Of a DNA stretch of 64,000 bases, positions 37,034 to 50,151 are shown piece after piece. The notes under the pieces were generated by a model that was not told the origin of the DNA, ran no database searches, and saw nothing but the letters and a program-made list of their open reading frames with translations. Positions within the stretch are counted from its first letter, which is position 1. Every line of letters begins with the position of its first letter. The stretch lies in contig NW_015172593.1 of NCBI RefSeq assembly GCF_001447785.1, positions 236,811 to 300,810 on the forward strand, given 5' to 3'. The position numbers and the translations under genes were made by a program. Origin of the DNA: Gekko japonicus. Its lineage: Eukaryota.

Positions 37034-38045
37034 TTCCTCCTGAACCTACTACCCATCAAATTCATTGGGCGCCCCCGAGTTCTAGTATTTTGAGAGAGGT
37101 TGAGAAAGTTCTCTCTGTCCACTCTATCCTATGCATAATCTTATAGACCTCTATCATGTCCCGTCCCCTCCCTAGTCATCTCTTTTCTAAACTCTACAGC
37201 CCTTCCTCATAGGAAAGCTGCTCCAACCCTTTATCATCTTGGTTGCCTTCTTCTGTTGTCTGGGAGACCAAGGGCAAGCAGGCATCTCTTGGCGCTTACG
37301 AAGGGCCAAGTGGTACATGATGCTCAGATGCTCCTAAGCGTTTCCTTTCTTTTAAAAGGCAGGTGTGCGGAGCCCCAAATCAAGACTAAGTCTTTCCACC
37401 ACCACCCATGCCAGTTTCTTAAGTTGAAATGGCCCCCTGTGTAGCTGCTACTTGCCCGGTGGTCCATCCCCCTCCAACTTATGTCCAGTTTGAACTTCTA
37501 AGTTCCTTAGGGAGGGGACCTGTCTCCTTAAGAGACATCAACAGAAACATCAGGTATTTAATACCGACCTTCCACAGCCTGCAGTTCAGCGTCTTAACCA
37601 CTTGAGCCACCGCAGCTCCTTCCTCCTGAATCTACTACCCATCAAATTCATTGGGAGCCCCCGAGTTCTAGTATTTTGGGAGAGGTTGAGAAAGTTCTCT
37701 CTGTCCACTCTCTGTATCCTATGCATAATTTTATAGACCTCTACCATGTCCCATCCCCTCCCTAGTCATCTCTTGGCACTTACGAAGGGCCAAGTGGTAC
37801 ATGATGCTCAGATGCTCCTAAGCGTTTCCTTTCTTTTAAAAGGCAGGTGTGCGGAGCCCCAAATCAAGACTAAGTCTTTCCACCACCACCCATGCCAGTT
37901 TCTTAAGTTGAAATGGCCCCCTGTGTAGCTGCTACTTGCCCGGTGGTCCATCCCCCTCCAACTTATGTCCAGTTTGAACTTCTAAGTTCCTTAGGGAGGG
38001 GACCTGTCTCCTTAAGAGACATCAACAGAAACATCAGGTATTTAA
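37034..38045 (+). repeat. Local duplication (37034-37562 and 37620-38045) separated by a Sauria-SINE head fragment
   Basis: Near-identical copies (ORFs 37256 and 37746 translate identically over most of their length); copy 1 has about 100 extra bp. Confidence 0.9.
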
Positions 38046-38104
38046 CCTGGGACATTTTGTGTTCAGAGCTTGTGTTCTACCTCTGAGCCACGTCCTTACC
38101 TCCA

Positions 38105-38505
38105 AGCCCTATGAGGAAAAGCTGAGCGACTTGGGAATGATTAGTCTGGAGAAGAGGAGGCTGAGGGGGGGACAGGACTGCTCTCTTTAGGTATTTGAAG
38201 GGCTGCCACTTGGAGGAGGGCAGGGAGCTGCTCCTGTTGGCAGCAGTCTTGCAAGAATGGGTTTAAATTAAGGGCGGGAAGGTACCACCTGGATATTAGG
38301 AAAAACATTTTTACAGTAAGAGTTGTGCAGCAGTGGGACCAGCTGCCTAGGGAGGTGGTGAGCTCCCCCTCACTGGCAATCTTCAAGCAGCGGCTGGACA
38401 AACACTTGGTCAGGGAGGGTCTAGGGTGATCCTGCAGTGAATAGGGGGGTGGACTAGATGGCCTGTATGGCCCCTTCCAACTCTGTGATTCTAGGATTCT
38501 ATGAA
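38105..38505 (+). mobile_element. CR1 LINE 3' fragment
   Basis: ccctatgaggaaaagctg...ctggagaagaggaggctg...cccttccaactctgtgattctaggattcta is a typical CR1 3' end. Confidence 0.85.
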
Positions 38506-38675
38506 TTTAACCAGGCAGCCACACCTAAAGCTACCTGAGGGTTGTGCTGGAAGAACACAAGGAAAGGGAAGCACAGCAGCAGAGGGCAAATAAAAGCAGT
38601 CTGGAAGGATGCTGCCTGACTCCCTTTTCAGAATCCCATGCTGGTCTATAAAGCTTGGCAGTCAAGGCCTCTAAC

Positions 38676-39107
38676 CTGTTTGTAGATAAGCTCAAAGCTT
38701 CCTGTGCTGCAGGTGCGGTCGTACTTGCGGTCGATGACCACCCGTAGGGTGTCCTCCTGCACACTGGCGCACAGCCGAGTAGTGACGGCAGTGGAGGCGG
38801 CCATGGTCGGGCTGGCGTTGATCTCAATCAGCCACGGCTGGTAGTTTTCTCCAAAAAGGAAGTCCGCGCCGTACAGCTCGAAGCTGTTTTTGCGGAACTC
38901 AACCAGGTCTTGTGAAGTTTGCATGGCGTGAATGATGGCGGCCTTCATGCCGGGCACGATCACCTTTGACCAGGCATCTGGTGCCCCCACCTGCCGCAAG
39001 TGGACCTGGAACTGCTCTGACGACCACATGTTGTCGGGGGGCAGCTCTGCAGGTTCAGCGAGTTCTCATAGTGCTTCTGGATGGAGTTATTGCAGAGGTG
39101 GATGGAG
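38676..39107 (-). CDS. TTLL3: TTLL3 catalytic-domain exon with an apparent frameshift at about 39051
   Basis: [18 protein letters not shown], then frame change to [14 protein letters not shown]...FELYGADF...[12 protein letters not shown]...FELIYKQ; 432 nt is out of phase with the flanking exons. Confidence 0.92.
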
Positions 39108-39951
39108 CTAGGGGGGGAGAGGAAGACGGGATCAGAACCAAGAGGTGGCCAGTCGGATGCAGTGGTCAACCATCCTGGATTTGAACAGGGGAGATGCAGG
39201 TTCAATCCTTGCTATGATGCTCTCCATCTCTGGTGCACAGGAGTCTCTCATCTCTGCCTGACTTCTTGATGTTCCTCTGCCTGACTCGCTTCTCAGAGAT
39301 CCCATGCCACTGTTCCCATCAGCATCCTCACTGCCATTTTAACAAATCCTGCTTAGCTTCCAAGAGCTGACAAAATCAGGCTAGCCTGGGCTATCCTGGT
39401 CAGAGAGGGTAATACCTATGGCATGCATACAGTACACCTTGTACACAGTAGTATAGCCCACAGCCACTGTCCCTTCATAAAGCACTTTCCTGCACTATTC
39501 TGTTACAGTATGGCCCTATTACTTTTATAGAAATGCCCTCCTGAACAATTTTGTCAACCAAAGGCCCTCCTAAAAAGCTCTGCCCTGCATTTCTTTAGGA
39601 ACTACAGAAGGGGAAGAAGCAGCCCCACTGAGAGCTACACAGAAATTTGTCTCTGTGTTGAAGCACCCCGAACCAGATATTGGCAAATCTTTTTGCATCA
39701 TAACATCTACTCTGTCAGCATCTGTCTAACATTGCAGGCAGATGCCCTTCCCAGACTATTGATTTTAAGATCTGTGGTTCTCTATGTATTCTGGGATGAT
39801 AAGGCAGATAATGCTGCAAGAAGATTTGTACAGAGTTTTAGTGGACTGAGCAGACAATGCAGCACATCTCTGTTTGTCCCTCTCATATGTGTGCAGGCGA
39901 GCATGTGAGCACAGACACACACAGAAGAAAAATAAAACTGGCAAAACTCAC

Positions 39952-40195
39952 GTGTCCAGGTTTCTCAGGGAAAAAGGCTGCGTAGAGAAGCGGATGTAAC
40001 TCTGCCGGTAGAACCAGATGGTAAGTGGGTTCCAGTCGGTTACCAGAAACCACTGGCGCAGGTCAAATTTTGTGCCGAATATGAGCAGGGGTGTCTCGAT
40101 ATATTTCTGCACCACCCACTTGCCATCCTTGACAATCATGGGGTCGCAGTCCACTAGCTTCACGATATCCTCCAAGCGGTCCATACACATTATGC
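39952..40195 (-). CDS. TTLL3: TTLL3 exon
   Basis: [11 protein letters not shown]...[33 protein letters not shown]...[15 protein letters not shown]; ag/gtgagt. Confidence 0.96.
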
Positions 40196-40479
40196 CTGTT
40201 AGAAACTCCGTCATAACACTGTGTGTGCCTTTCCCACCCTGCCTCTGTTCCCAGCTCACCTTGGAGCAGGGCTTTGAAAGCGCTGGCATCTTTCTGCAAG
40301 GCCCAAACTGGATATGCATTCTTCCGGAACTGATGCCTCAGAGATGCTCAGGCATTATATTCCCATGACCCATATATTCCCATGACCCAACTATGGTTCT
40401 CAGGTTGCCACCCCAGCCACCCTGGCAGTGACAAAAGCCAGTTTGATATAGTGATTAAGAGTGCAGACTCTAAACTGGG

Positions 40480-40978
40480 AGGAGAAGAAGAAGAGATTGA
40501 ATTTATACCCCACCCTTCACTACCTGAAGGAGTCTCAGGGCAGTTTACAATCCTTTTCCCTTTCCCTCCCCGGAACAGACACCCTGTGAGGTAGGTGGGG
40601 CTGAGAGAGCTCGGAGAGAACTGAAAGAACTCAACAGCTCTGAAAGAACTTATGACTGACCCAAGGTCACATCAGCAGCTTCACGTGGAGAAGTAGGGAA
40701 TCAAATCCGGTCCTCCCAGATTAGAGTCCGCGCTCCTAACCACTACACCACACTGGCTCGGTCTGATTCCTCACTCCTCCACATGCAGCTGCTGGTGTGA
40801 CCTTGGGTCAGTCACAAGTTCTCTCAGAGTTGTTCTCTCAAGAGAAGTCCTCAAAAGAGCTCTCAGCCCCACCAACCTCACAGGGTGTCTGTTGTGGAGA
40901 GGGGAAGGAGACTGTAAGCCGTTCTGAGACTCTGAGTGAAGGGCGGTGTATAAATCCAACTCTTCTCTCTTCTCCTTC
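40480..40978. mobile_element. Adjacent inverted pair of tRNA-derived SINEs (minus 40480-40758, plus 40765-40978)
   Basis: Same family in opposite orientations, a few bp apart. Confidence 0.8.
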
Positions 40979-42410
40979 TAGGTCACAAAGCAGCATGCCC
41001 TGGCATTTACTGCCAACGAATATCCACTCTATGGGTAGGAAATATCAGCACTTCACCCTCCTCCAAGCAGCGTGCTTTGGAAACCTCATGGCTGGTCACG
41101 CACTCTATCCTGGGCTGCCCTTGAAGGCAAACCCAGAGCCAGCATACCGTTGGTTGACATACCGTTGTCAGGGGGCGGCCAACAGCAACACATCTTGCCC
41201 ACTTTAAAAGAGCTGCACTGGCTGCCCGTTTGTTTCCAAGTTCCATTCAGGGGTCTGTTTGTGACCTTTAAATAGCCCAAGACCTGTGGGACTGGCTCTC
41301 CCCATATATTTTCATGACCCAACTATGGTTCTCAGGTTGCCACCTCAGCCCCCCTGGCAGTGACCAGTCATATGGAATGAGCTCCCTAAGGAGGTGAGAG
41401 AAATGCAATCTTTACATGCTTTTAGGAAGCACTGCAAGGCCATTTCATCTGCTAAGGCTTTTAACGGGTAAAGGTATAGGCATGGGGAGAGGCAGAAGGG
41501 ATTAGTAGAGCTATTATTGTTGTTATTATTATTATACTTATACCCTGCCCTTTCAGGACAGCTTACAACATAAAACCTGTAAAAAAACCCCAATAAAACC
41601 AATAAAACAGCAGATGGCGCAATAAGCAACAGCAAAAAGAACCCATGCCTCATGTCAGGTGGGTACAGGTACTCCCAAAAAACTCCATTGTCCAAGTAAT
41701 GTTATCTAAAGCAGCATAAACAGGGGAGGCCAGAATGGTTGAACATCCACCGCCTCAACTGAAACACAGTTTGTATGTTTAGAATTTGGATTCGTAAGCC
41801 ACCATGAGCCACAAAGAAAAGGCAGGGTATAAATATTTTAATAATTTATTTTCTTGCTTTATTCTTCATTTATACCCCTCCTTTCTCCCCAGTGGGGAGG
41901 GGACCCAAAGCAGCTTACGTGGTTCTGTCCTCCACTTTCCCCTCACTGTGAAGAAGTCGGTGTGCACACGAAAGCTTATACCCAGAATTAAACACTGTTG
42001 GTCTTAAAGCATTCACTGGACTCAAACTTTGTTCCAGTGAAGGTGGGTTAGTCTCAGAGTGTGTAGCTGGCCAAAGGTCATTCAACAAATTTCCGTGAGA
42101 GAATGGGAATTCAGACCTAGGTCTTGCAGATCCTAGTCAATCTAACCACTATGAATCACTGGTTTTGCTCATGGGGATGGCAACTAAGGTAACATCAGGA
42201 GACTTGTGTACCGTGCTTTAGCGTGTGCAGTCACCATTATCTCCAAAAAAGCACAAACAGTGTTTGGGAAGAGGTGTTACTGATCAAGGAACAACCCCAA
42301 TGTGAACAAACCTTTAGCAGAGTGTGTTATTCAGTCTCTATCTTTGGTGTGGGTTTTTTTTTTTGGATATCAACAGGACCCTTGGCGGGTGGCGCCTTCA
42401 TTTCTCTTAC

Positions 42411-42559
42411 CTCTGCCTCGTGACTTGGCTCCAGGCTTCACAATCCAGATGTTTTTGTCACCTTCCATGTCCAGCTGTGGGACCACTTTTGCCAGCCGAT
42501 GCAGGATATCTTCACACCGTGCAACATGGCCGCCCATCTGCACAATCTGCGCTCCCTCG
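42411..42559 (-). CDS. TTLL3: TTLL3 exon
   Basis: [50 protein letters not shown] (ATP-grasp KP..SRGRG motif); ag/gtaaga. Confidence 0.96.
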
Positions 42560-43904
42560 CTGCAACCATAAACACTTATTCGAGGAATTTCTCCATCTTC
42601 CTGTCCCCACGTAGTCTGAGCAGACAACTATTCTAGTCCCAAAGTTTATTTTAGGCTCACTGACAGCTTGGAAGGAAAAGGCGGGGGGGGGGGGGGGGGG
42701 TGTTTCGGAATCAGTGTGACTCGTGGTTGCAAAACCCAGAATGTGGGCTGTAGTGAATTATCAGAATCTGAGTATTGCACTAGCAAAACTATGCGGGAAA
42801 TTAAAATCTTAGATGCCGGGGACCATTTCAGCGACGCTTCTATGAACCTGACGCTTCCATATGCAGCTCTACGCCTGGGATCTAATTCCTATAATACCCT
42901 TTGTTCACTGCTTAGCTTCCCTCAACATTTCACAGTTCCCAGCCTCTCCTCCATTGTTTACAATACATAAGGAAAAAAGATTTTAATTCTGGAAGGGGGG
43001 GGGGGGGAGGCAAACAGAACAAAACATAGCATTAAGCAAAAAAACATGTTTTATATAGAAACTCACTACATTTTGCATGACAGATTAATGTTTTGCACTG
43101 GGACATACTGCTCAGTCACTGATTCCTAAAAACCTAATATTTGAAATGAAAGACTGGTCTGGACTCTCATCATTATTGGTGGGGAAGGGGAGGGGGGGTT
43201 AACCCTGAAAACATGTAATTTCTCCTAAGTGTTTAGAAACCAAGCCTCATTTGGCCAGGTCTTCTGCTAGTTTTGGAACGCAAGCTGTCTGCCCAGCACA
43301 CATTTCAGTGCTTTCCTGTGTTCCACACTCCTCTCCCCCATCTCTGCATCCCCTTTCTTGTGTCCTATAGGTGCTGTTTATTTTCTTGTTTGTGCTAGAA
43401 ATCCCTCCCCACAGAGTTTAGGCGGGTTGTTAAATAATGAGGAATGCTTAAAGGGGGCAAGGAAAGAAAAGAAGGAAGCGAGATAAGAGGAAGAAGAAAG
43501 GCAAAAGTGGCAGAGAAGGTAATGCTATACCAAGACCGTGGGTCTTGCTCAACCAAAGTAGCATGTATAAAAATATCTGGTTCAATCCAAGTTTCTGTTC
43601 TGTTACTGACAGAGGCTTGGACCCACCGGAGGATTTCCATGGATGCAAGAGGGAGAGATTTATGCCAAGAGGGAGAGAATTATGCCAATTTACTCCTCCC
43701 CATACAGACCCCAGTTCCCCACACACACTGCTCCTGAGGGTCCTCCGGTCCCCTACAGCAGTATTTCGAGGCAGCGTTTTCGGCTGCAGTGGGAGGGGGT
43801 AGCAAGAAAACTGAATGTCATTAACAAACATCTCTCCTATCAGCAGAAATGTCTGGAACAGCCAAGTCCCAGCCTTCCTCTGATCAAGGAGGAGTTTTGC
43901 TCCA

Positions 43905-44169
43905 GAGGAGGAGGAGGAGATTAGATTTATACCCTGCCCTTCATTCGGAGTCTCAGAGCAGTTTACAATCTCCTTTCCCTTCCCTTCCCCACAAAAGACA
44001 ACCTGTGAGGTAGGTGGGGCTGAGAGAGCTCTTTCGAGGACTGCTCTTGTGAGAACAGCTGAGAGAACTTGTGACTAACCCAAGGTCACACCAGCAGCTG
44101 CATGTGGAGAGCAATCAAACCCGGTTCTCCCAGATTAGAGTCCGTGCTCTTAACCACTACACCAAACTG
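43905..44169 (-). mobile_element. tRNA-derived SINE (Squam3-like)
   Basis: Family body, reverse orientation. Confidence 0.85.
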
Positions 44170-44349
44170 AAGAAGCATTCCATCCACAGAAAGCTCCTTG
44201 CATCAGAGAAGCAGCTCCACTATGACCGAAATGGGAACTTTGGATCCGATCATTTACGTGAACGCATCCTAAAATGCCATTTGCAAAATCTGGGCCTTCT
44301 GGTCTCAGAAACTAGGGGGGGATTTATTTCTCATTCCCCATATACTTAC

Positions 44350-44542
44350 TGGACTACCTGGTAGTAGCCTTGTAGAAACTGTTCCCAGTGGGCACTTGTC
44401 ATTAGCAGGGGAGACCCGACCTCTTTGTCAATGTCTTGGTGCCTCAGGCTGCTCAAATGCTCCTCACAGGCACGGATGGCAGTCTCCAGCAGTCGGGATG
44501 ACAGGGTGGGCTTTTTCTTGTGACTGGGGAATGGCTTGGCTT
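44350..44542 (-). CDS. TTLL3: TTLL3 exon
   Basis: AKPFPSHKKKPTLSSRLLETAIRACEEHLSSLRHQDIDK...WEQFLQGYYQVV; ag/gtaagt. Confidence 0.93.
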
Positions 44543-45011
44543 CTGCAAAACAGAGACGTGAGTCAGGGTCACTAGGCGGCTGCAAGACTGCCTGTGGGTG
44601 GAGGGAAGATGGAGCAAGGATAGGTGTTGCAGGTGGTGCCGACTCTGAGCCAAAGCAGCCAGTGTTAGCACCCATGGTGGAAAAGAGGAGACACAGGTTG
44701 CTTTTGTAAAAACGGTTTAAATTGCTATATTTGGGGTCCTTAGAGTTGAGTCCTATAGGTCTTAGACATCAACAAGACATGCAGGGTCTAAGCTTTTGAG
44801 AGTCAGAGCTCCCTTCATCAGACAGCAAGAGAGCTCTATTGGAAGCTCATCCCCTGAAAATCTTGTTGTTCTCTAAGGGGCTACTGGATTCGAAACTAGC
44901 TCAGCAGACCAGTGGCCAAGTTAATGTAATGAAAATGGCAAGTCCTGTGAAGACTGAACAATTTTATAGGCATGTGTTTTTGTAGGCCTGAGCTTATCTT
45001 AAGAGAGGCTC

Positions 45012-45270
45012 ATGAAGGAGGAGGAGGAGATTGGATTTATACCCCGCCCTTCACTCAGGTCTCAGAGTGGCTTACAATCTCCTTTTCCTTCCCTTCCCCA
45101 CAACAGACAGGTGGGGCTAAGACAGCTCTTTCGAGGACTTCTCTTGAGAACAGCTCTGAGAGAACTTGTCACTGACCCAAGGTCACACCAGCAGCTGCAT
45201 GTGGAGGAGTGAGGAATTAAACCTGGTTCTCCTAAATTAGAGTTCACACTCTTAACCACTACACCAAGCT
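45012..45270 (-). mobile_element. tRNA-derived SINE (Squam3-like)
   Basis: Family body, reverse orientation. Confidence 0.85.
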
Positions 45271-47262
45271 AGCTCTCAAAATTTTAGGGCCTGTTCATGT
45301 TTTAAAACTTCTCTTGCTTCACTCACATTTGTAGTATCAGTGTAAAATGTAAATCAGACAGAATGCTCACTTGCACTGCAAATCGCTCTCCTCAGTTTTC
45401 CCTCCTGCATGAACAAGACTGATCGCAGCCACAGTGGCAAAGCACATGCAGTGCCAAAACTCTAGAGGTTACTGCCTCAATGCAGGGTAAATATTTTGAA
45501 GAGAGAACCACTGTCTCCACTTCTGGAGCCACTGCACTGTTATGTATTGGCATTGAATCATTCCTGATTGAATCACCCCAGAGACTGGCTGAGCTTAGAG
45601 CACAAGAACAATAGCCTACCAGGATTCTGAAAGTAACCAATCTAGTTGTAATGTTATGTAAATAGCCTATCACTGGGAGTGGGGTGTGTTTGGGTGTGGC
45701 AATTGCATGCTATTTAACAGAGCTGAGGCTCAGGAGCTTCGTCTTGCTCTTGCTGAAATCATAAATAAAGTTGAGCTGATCACTAGACTTGAGCCTGCTC
45801 ATCCATGGAACCAGAGGTCCATCAGTGGCTATTAGCCACAAGGTATAGATAGGGACTCTGGGGCAAGTGGTGCTCTGTCTTCTTGGTGCTTGGGGGGGGG
45901 GTCAACAGTGGGAGGGCTTCTAATGTCCTGGCCCCACTGGTGGAACACCTGATGGCACCTGGTATTTTTGGCCACTGTGTGACGGAGTGTTGGACTGGAT
46001 GGGCCTTTGGCCTGATCCAACATTGGCGTCTCTTATGTTCTTATGTTCTAACCCACTATTTAACAGCACAGAAGCCAGTTAGCAGCTCATACGCTAACTT
46101 CCAGTAGACACAACCAAGAGACTTTTGATCCTCACCAGGCAGCAGGGGCATACAGAGGAAACAGAGCGGGTGTAAAGTTGATACGGGATAGACATTAAAA
46201 AGGGAAAATAAGTAACTAGCACTTCCTAGTCAACATTTGATCATTGAATATGTTGTTCAACATGTGGTGAGATATCACATATGAGTGTGGGTACAGAGTT
46301 TTTAACTCACATTTTACTGACTTTCAACTCCCAGATACATTTGCATAAGAGAAGAGCATTCACTGCGAGCTCATTTTCCAATTTAAGCTCCCAACAAGGA
46401 CTATATCTCTAAAACTGCCACTACCAAGCTGTAGTGACCCCTACATTTTAATATGGCTCAAGACTGCCCCCTAGAACATCTGTGATCTTGCAATTCTAGG
46501 GATTACATTAGACTAACCTATTCAAGCCCATTCCATAGAGATAAATCAAGATGGGTGGCTGTGTAAGTCTGTCTGTAACAGTAGAAAAGAGCAAGAGTCC
46601 AGTAGCACCTTAAAGACTAACAAAATATGTGGCAGGGTAGGATCTTCCGTGAGTCACTGCTCACTTCTTCAGATACTATTCCATGTTGGACTACCTTGCC
46701 AAACTGTTATGTATCGGGACTGAATCATTCCAGGTCTGTCACACCAGAGACTGGCTGAGCTTGGAGCACAAGAACAATAGCCTACCAGGACTCTGGAAGT
46801 AACCAATCAAGTAGTAATCAAGTGTAAATAGCCTATCACTGGGAGTGGGGTGTGTTTGGGTGTGGCAATTGCATGCTATTTAACAGAGCTAAGGCTCTGG
46901 AGCTTTGTCTTGCTGATCACTAGACTTGAGCCTGCTCATCCATGGAACCCACTATTTAACATAAACTTCATCATTTTTAGACAAAAGGGTAACCAGTTGG
47001 GATGGAACCAACTGTTCATCATGATAGCTCTGAGACATTAATAGTGACTTGGTGCTACTTGACAGAAGGGACCATCATTTTGGTAATTCTCTGGTTGCTA
47101 TTGTTAGTGTCTGACATCAGAGATGGGGATTTAGATTGGATTTGCTAAATCAGGCAGTCACTCTTAAGAGAGGAGGCTGACTTGGGTGCTGGCTGGAGAC
47201 TGAAAATGTGAACTCCTGATGGGTTTATTTTAAGCACAGAGATTCCCGCCAGCTGCACTTAC

Positions 47263-47391
47263 CTGGAGGCTCCTTGTTATCAGGAGGCTCGTCCTCATTA
47301 GTATCCACCGATGAAAATAAGGGAGATTTGCGCCAATATCGTCTCACCACCACTTTGAGAAGGCTCCTGGCTGCGGTGAGCTGGAAATCCT
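47263..47391 (-). CDS. TTLL3: TTLL3 exon
   Basis: EDFQLTAARSLLKVVVRR...KEPP; ag/gtaagt. Confidence 0.93.
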
Positions 47392-47566
47392 CTACCACAA
47401 GACAGAAAGGAAGTGGAGAGACAGACAGACAGACACAGAGAGAACAAGCATTACACTCGTTCTGTACCACCCCCATTCCCAGGACCTGAGGAGGGTAACA
47501 ATAATTAAGAATGGGACACACAGCCTTGTAAAAATTTTATTCAGCTACCGCTTCATATGACCCTGA

Positions 47567-47758
47567 TTATGGATAGCGCAGGCTAGCCCGATCTTGTCAG
47601 ATCTTGGAAGCTAAGCAGGGTCAGCCCTGGTTAGTGTTTAGACAGGAGACCACCAAGGAAGTCCAGGGTTGTTATGCAGAGACAAGCCACCTCTGAATGT
47701 CTCTTGCCTTGAAAAACCTTTGGGGTTTCCATAACTAATTTGCAACCTGATGACACTT

Positions 47759-47799
<41 letters not shown>
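47567..47799 (+). mobile_element. 5S-derived SINE ending in a (CA)n microsatellite
   Basis: gcccgatcttgtcagatcttggaagctaagcagggtcagccctggttagt is 5S-like; (CA)n at about 47763-47799. Confidence 0.78.
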
Positions 47800-47801
<2 letters not shown>

Positions 47802-49281
47802 CATATATGAGTGGATGACAACCATTCCATCTACATGAGATGAATAATATTGATTAAAAAGTAATCCAGCCAAGGACTAGGAGAGCTTTCAGGAAATGTC
47901 CACTCAACCTCATTCACACTTAATGCAAATGACACAAGAGCTCCTTCCCTGTGGCAAAATGCCAGGCCACTGCAGCAAGTGCTTCTCTCTACCCCATGCA
48001 TAATTTTATAAAGCTCTTTCATGTCCACTCATAGTCATCTTTTTATCGAAACTGAAAATTCCCAGACTCTTTCAACTTTCCTTGTAGGGTAAGTGCAATA
48101 ACCCCATAATCATCTTGGCTGCTTTCCTGCTTCACTTGTCATGTGGTTGCCCACTAATGCAATTTAGAGAGCTCCTTCTGTAGCTTTTCACAGTCCACCT
48201 TTTTTTCCACCATCCTGAATATTTTGGTATCATTTGCTAACATGGCCAGTACACTGCTCTGCCCCCAATTTCAAATCATTTATGAACAAATTAAATAGCA
48301 CTGATCCCTGTGGGACCTCACTGCTGACTTCCTTGCATCGTGAGAACTGTCCATTTATCTCTACTCTCCGTTTCCCATCATTTAACCAATTTTTAATTCA
48401 GATGTTTAATTCAATCAGAAAACAGCCCCCAAGTTTTGGGGGACAGGTGATTGGAACAGGAATGGCAATGCTGGAGAAGTTTTAAAAAGTGTAGCTGGTA
48501 TGGGTCTGTGTATTGTTCTAATAATTATTGTATGGCATTGTGTGTAGTATAGCCAGGAGATCCTAAGATTGCCTGGCAGCCAGAAGTTCTAGCTCATTTA
48601 GTGTTATGTACCACTAGGTGGCAAGCTAGACCTGTTTTTAAGGCAAGAGGTGGTTCAGAGGTGGTTTTGCCATGGACTGCCTCTGCATCACAGCACTGGT
48701 ATTCCTTGGAGGTCGCTTATCCAAATACTAGCCAAGGCTTAGCTTTCGAGATCTGTTCTTGAGGATGCAAGAGGAAGACACAGCCACTATGGAGCATGAA
48801 TGGCTTGCCACATACAATTTGGAAAGGTGCCACCAAAAATGTGACAGGTACTGGCAAAGGAACTCCACACACAAAAATTATATCAAGCTTGGGATTCTTT
48901 TTCTTCGGTGGGGGGTGGGCAAACTACATGTCTGCAGTCATGAAGCTCTTTGTTTGGGTTGCCGAAGCTTCAGAATTGCTGCAATTGTAGATGCAAGGAG
49001 TCTCCCCCTGCCCCACATACACACAGAAGGCGAGCTCTGTGAGATGTCTGGAAGCATCTTAGTCTGCAGCAATGTCAGAGCTTTAAAAGCAGGTGTTGAT
49101 CTGATTTGTCCCCTTGGATGGGAGACCATTGGGAACCCCATGGAGATCCTCAGTACCATAGACACATTCAATTAATTTATTTTTTAAGTAGTGCACCGTG
49201 GGGTTGCAAAGAGTCGGACTCGACTGTGCGACTGAACAACAACAACAAAATGCACTTTGGACAGCACTTTGGACTTCTTAC

Positions 49282-49396
49282 CAATGAAGGCATGTTTTTC
49301 ATCCGCAGCTCCCAGTCGGTAACAGCGTGGAAAAAAGGTATCGGCATCAGCCTGGTCAAACCATGGCAGGTTTCGTAGATTAAGGCACAGTCCTAC
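49282..49396 (-). CDS. TTLL3: TTLL3 exon
   Basis: [38 protein letters not shown]; ag/gtaaga. Confidence 0.96.
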
Positions 49397-49608
49397 CTGA
49401 GAAAGAAGGGACACCTTCGCAGCTTTGCAGGGACACCTTCTTGATTCTACTCCCACCCCCTCCCACACACACACACTCCACACTCTTCTGTCATTTTACC
49501 CAGATCTTGTAGTGCCACTGATTCAGGCTCATTCGCACAACTAACAATGGCATGTACACACAGTTATTCATACAGCCCAGATTTTTAAAGAAACGGGACT
49601 CTGCCCAC

Positions 49609-49737
49609 CTTGGTGGTAAAGGTGCCGGCCTTGGCATAGTGGTTCATCATCTGGTCCTTGCGCAGAAGGCGGCAGTCAATGACATCACGGCGGTTGGTCC
49701 AGATGAAGTAGGGGATCTGGTTGCGAAGCAGCCTTGA
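49609..49737 (-). CDS. TTLL3: TTLL3 exon
   Basis: SRLLRNQIPYFIWTNRRDVIDCRLLRKDQMMNHYAKAGTFTTK; ag/gtgggc. Confidence 0.95.
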
Positions 49738-50151
49738 CTGTCAGTGAAAGAGGAAAAGTTAACTAGTGGGTGAGCCCTGAGCAATGGCACCTCTAGGTAG
49801 CACAAGACGGGAGTGACAGAATTGGGTGGAAAAACCAGGTGCAGGCAACAGTACAAAGGAAGTGAAATAAGGGTTGATCATACTGGGTGGATGGACAGAC
49901 ATGAAGATTGAGCACTGAAGGCAGGGATGCCAAGTCTGGGCAGGGAAATCCCTTGACATTTGAGAGTGCAGCCTGGGGAGGGGAGGGAGCCCTGAAGGAT
50001 ACAGTGCCACAGGGTCCACCATCCAAAGCAGCCATTTTCCCCAGAGGAACTGATCCCTGTAGTCTGGAGATGAGTTGTCATTCCTGGAGATCTCCAGGCC
50101 CCACCTGCAGGCTGGCAACCATAACTGAAGGGAGTGTCGTGCCAAGATTAC

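Noticed and set aside
47571-47670. 5S rRNA gene
   Set aside because: Partial, diverged and fused to a retroposon tail in multiple dispersed copies, so it is a SINE head.
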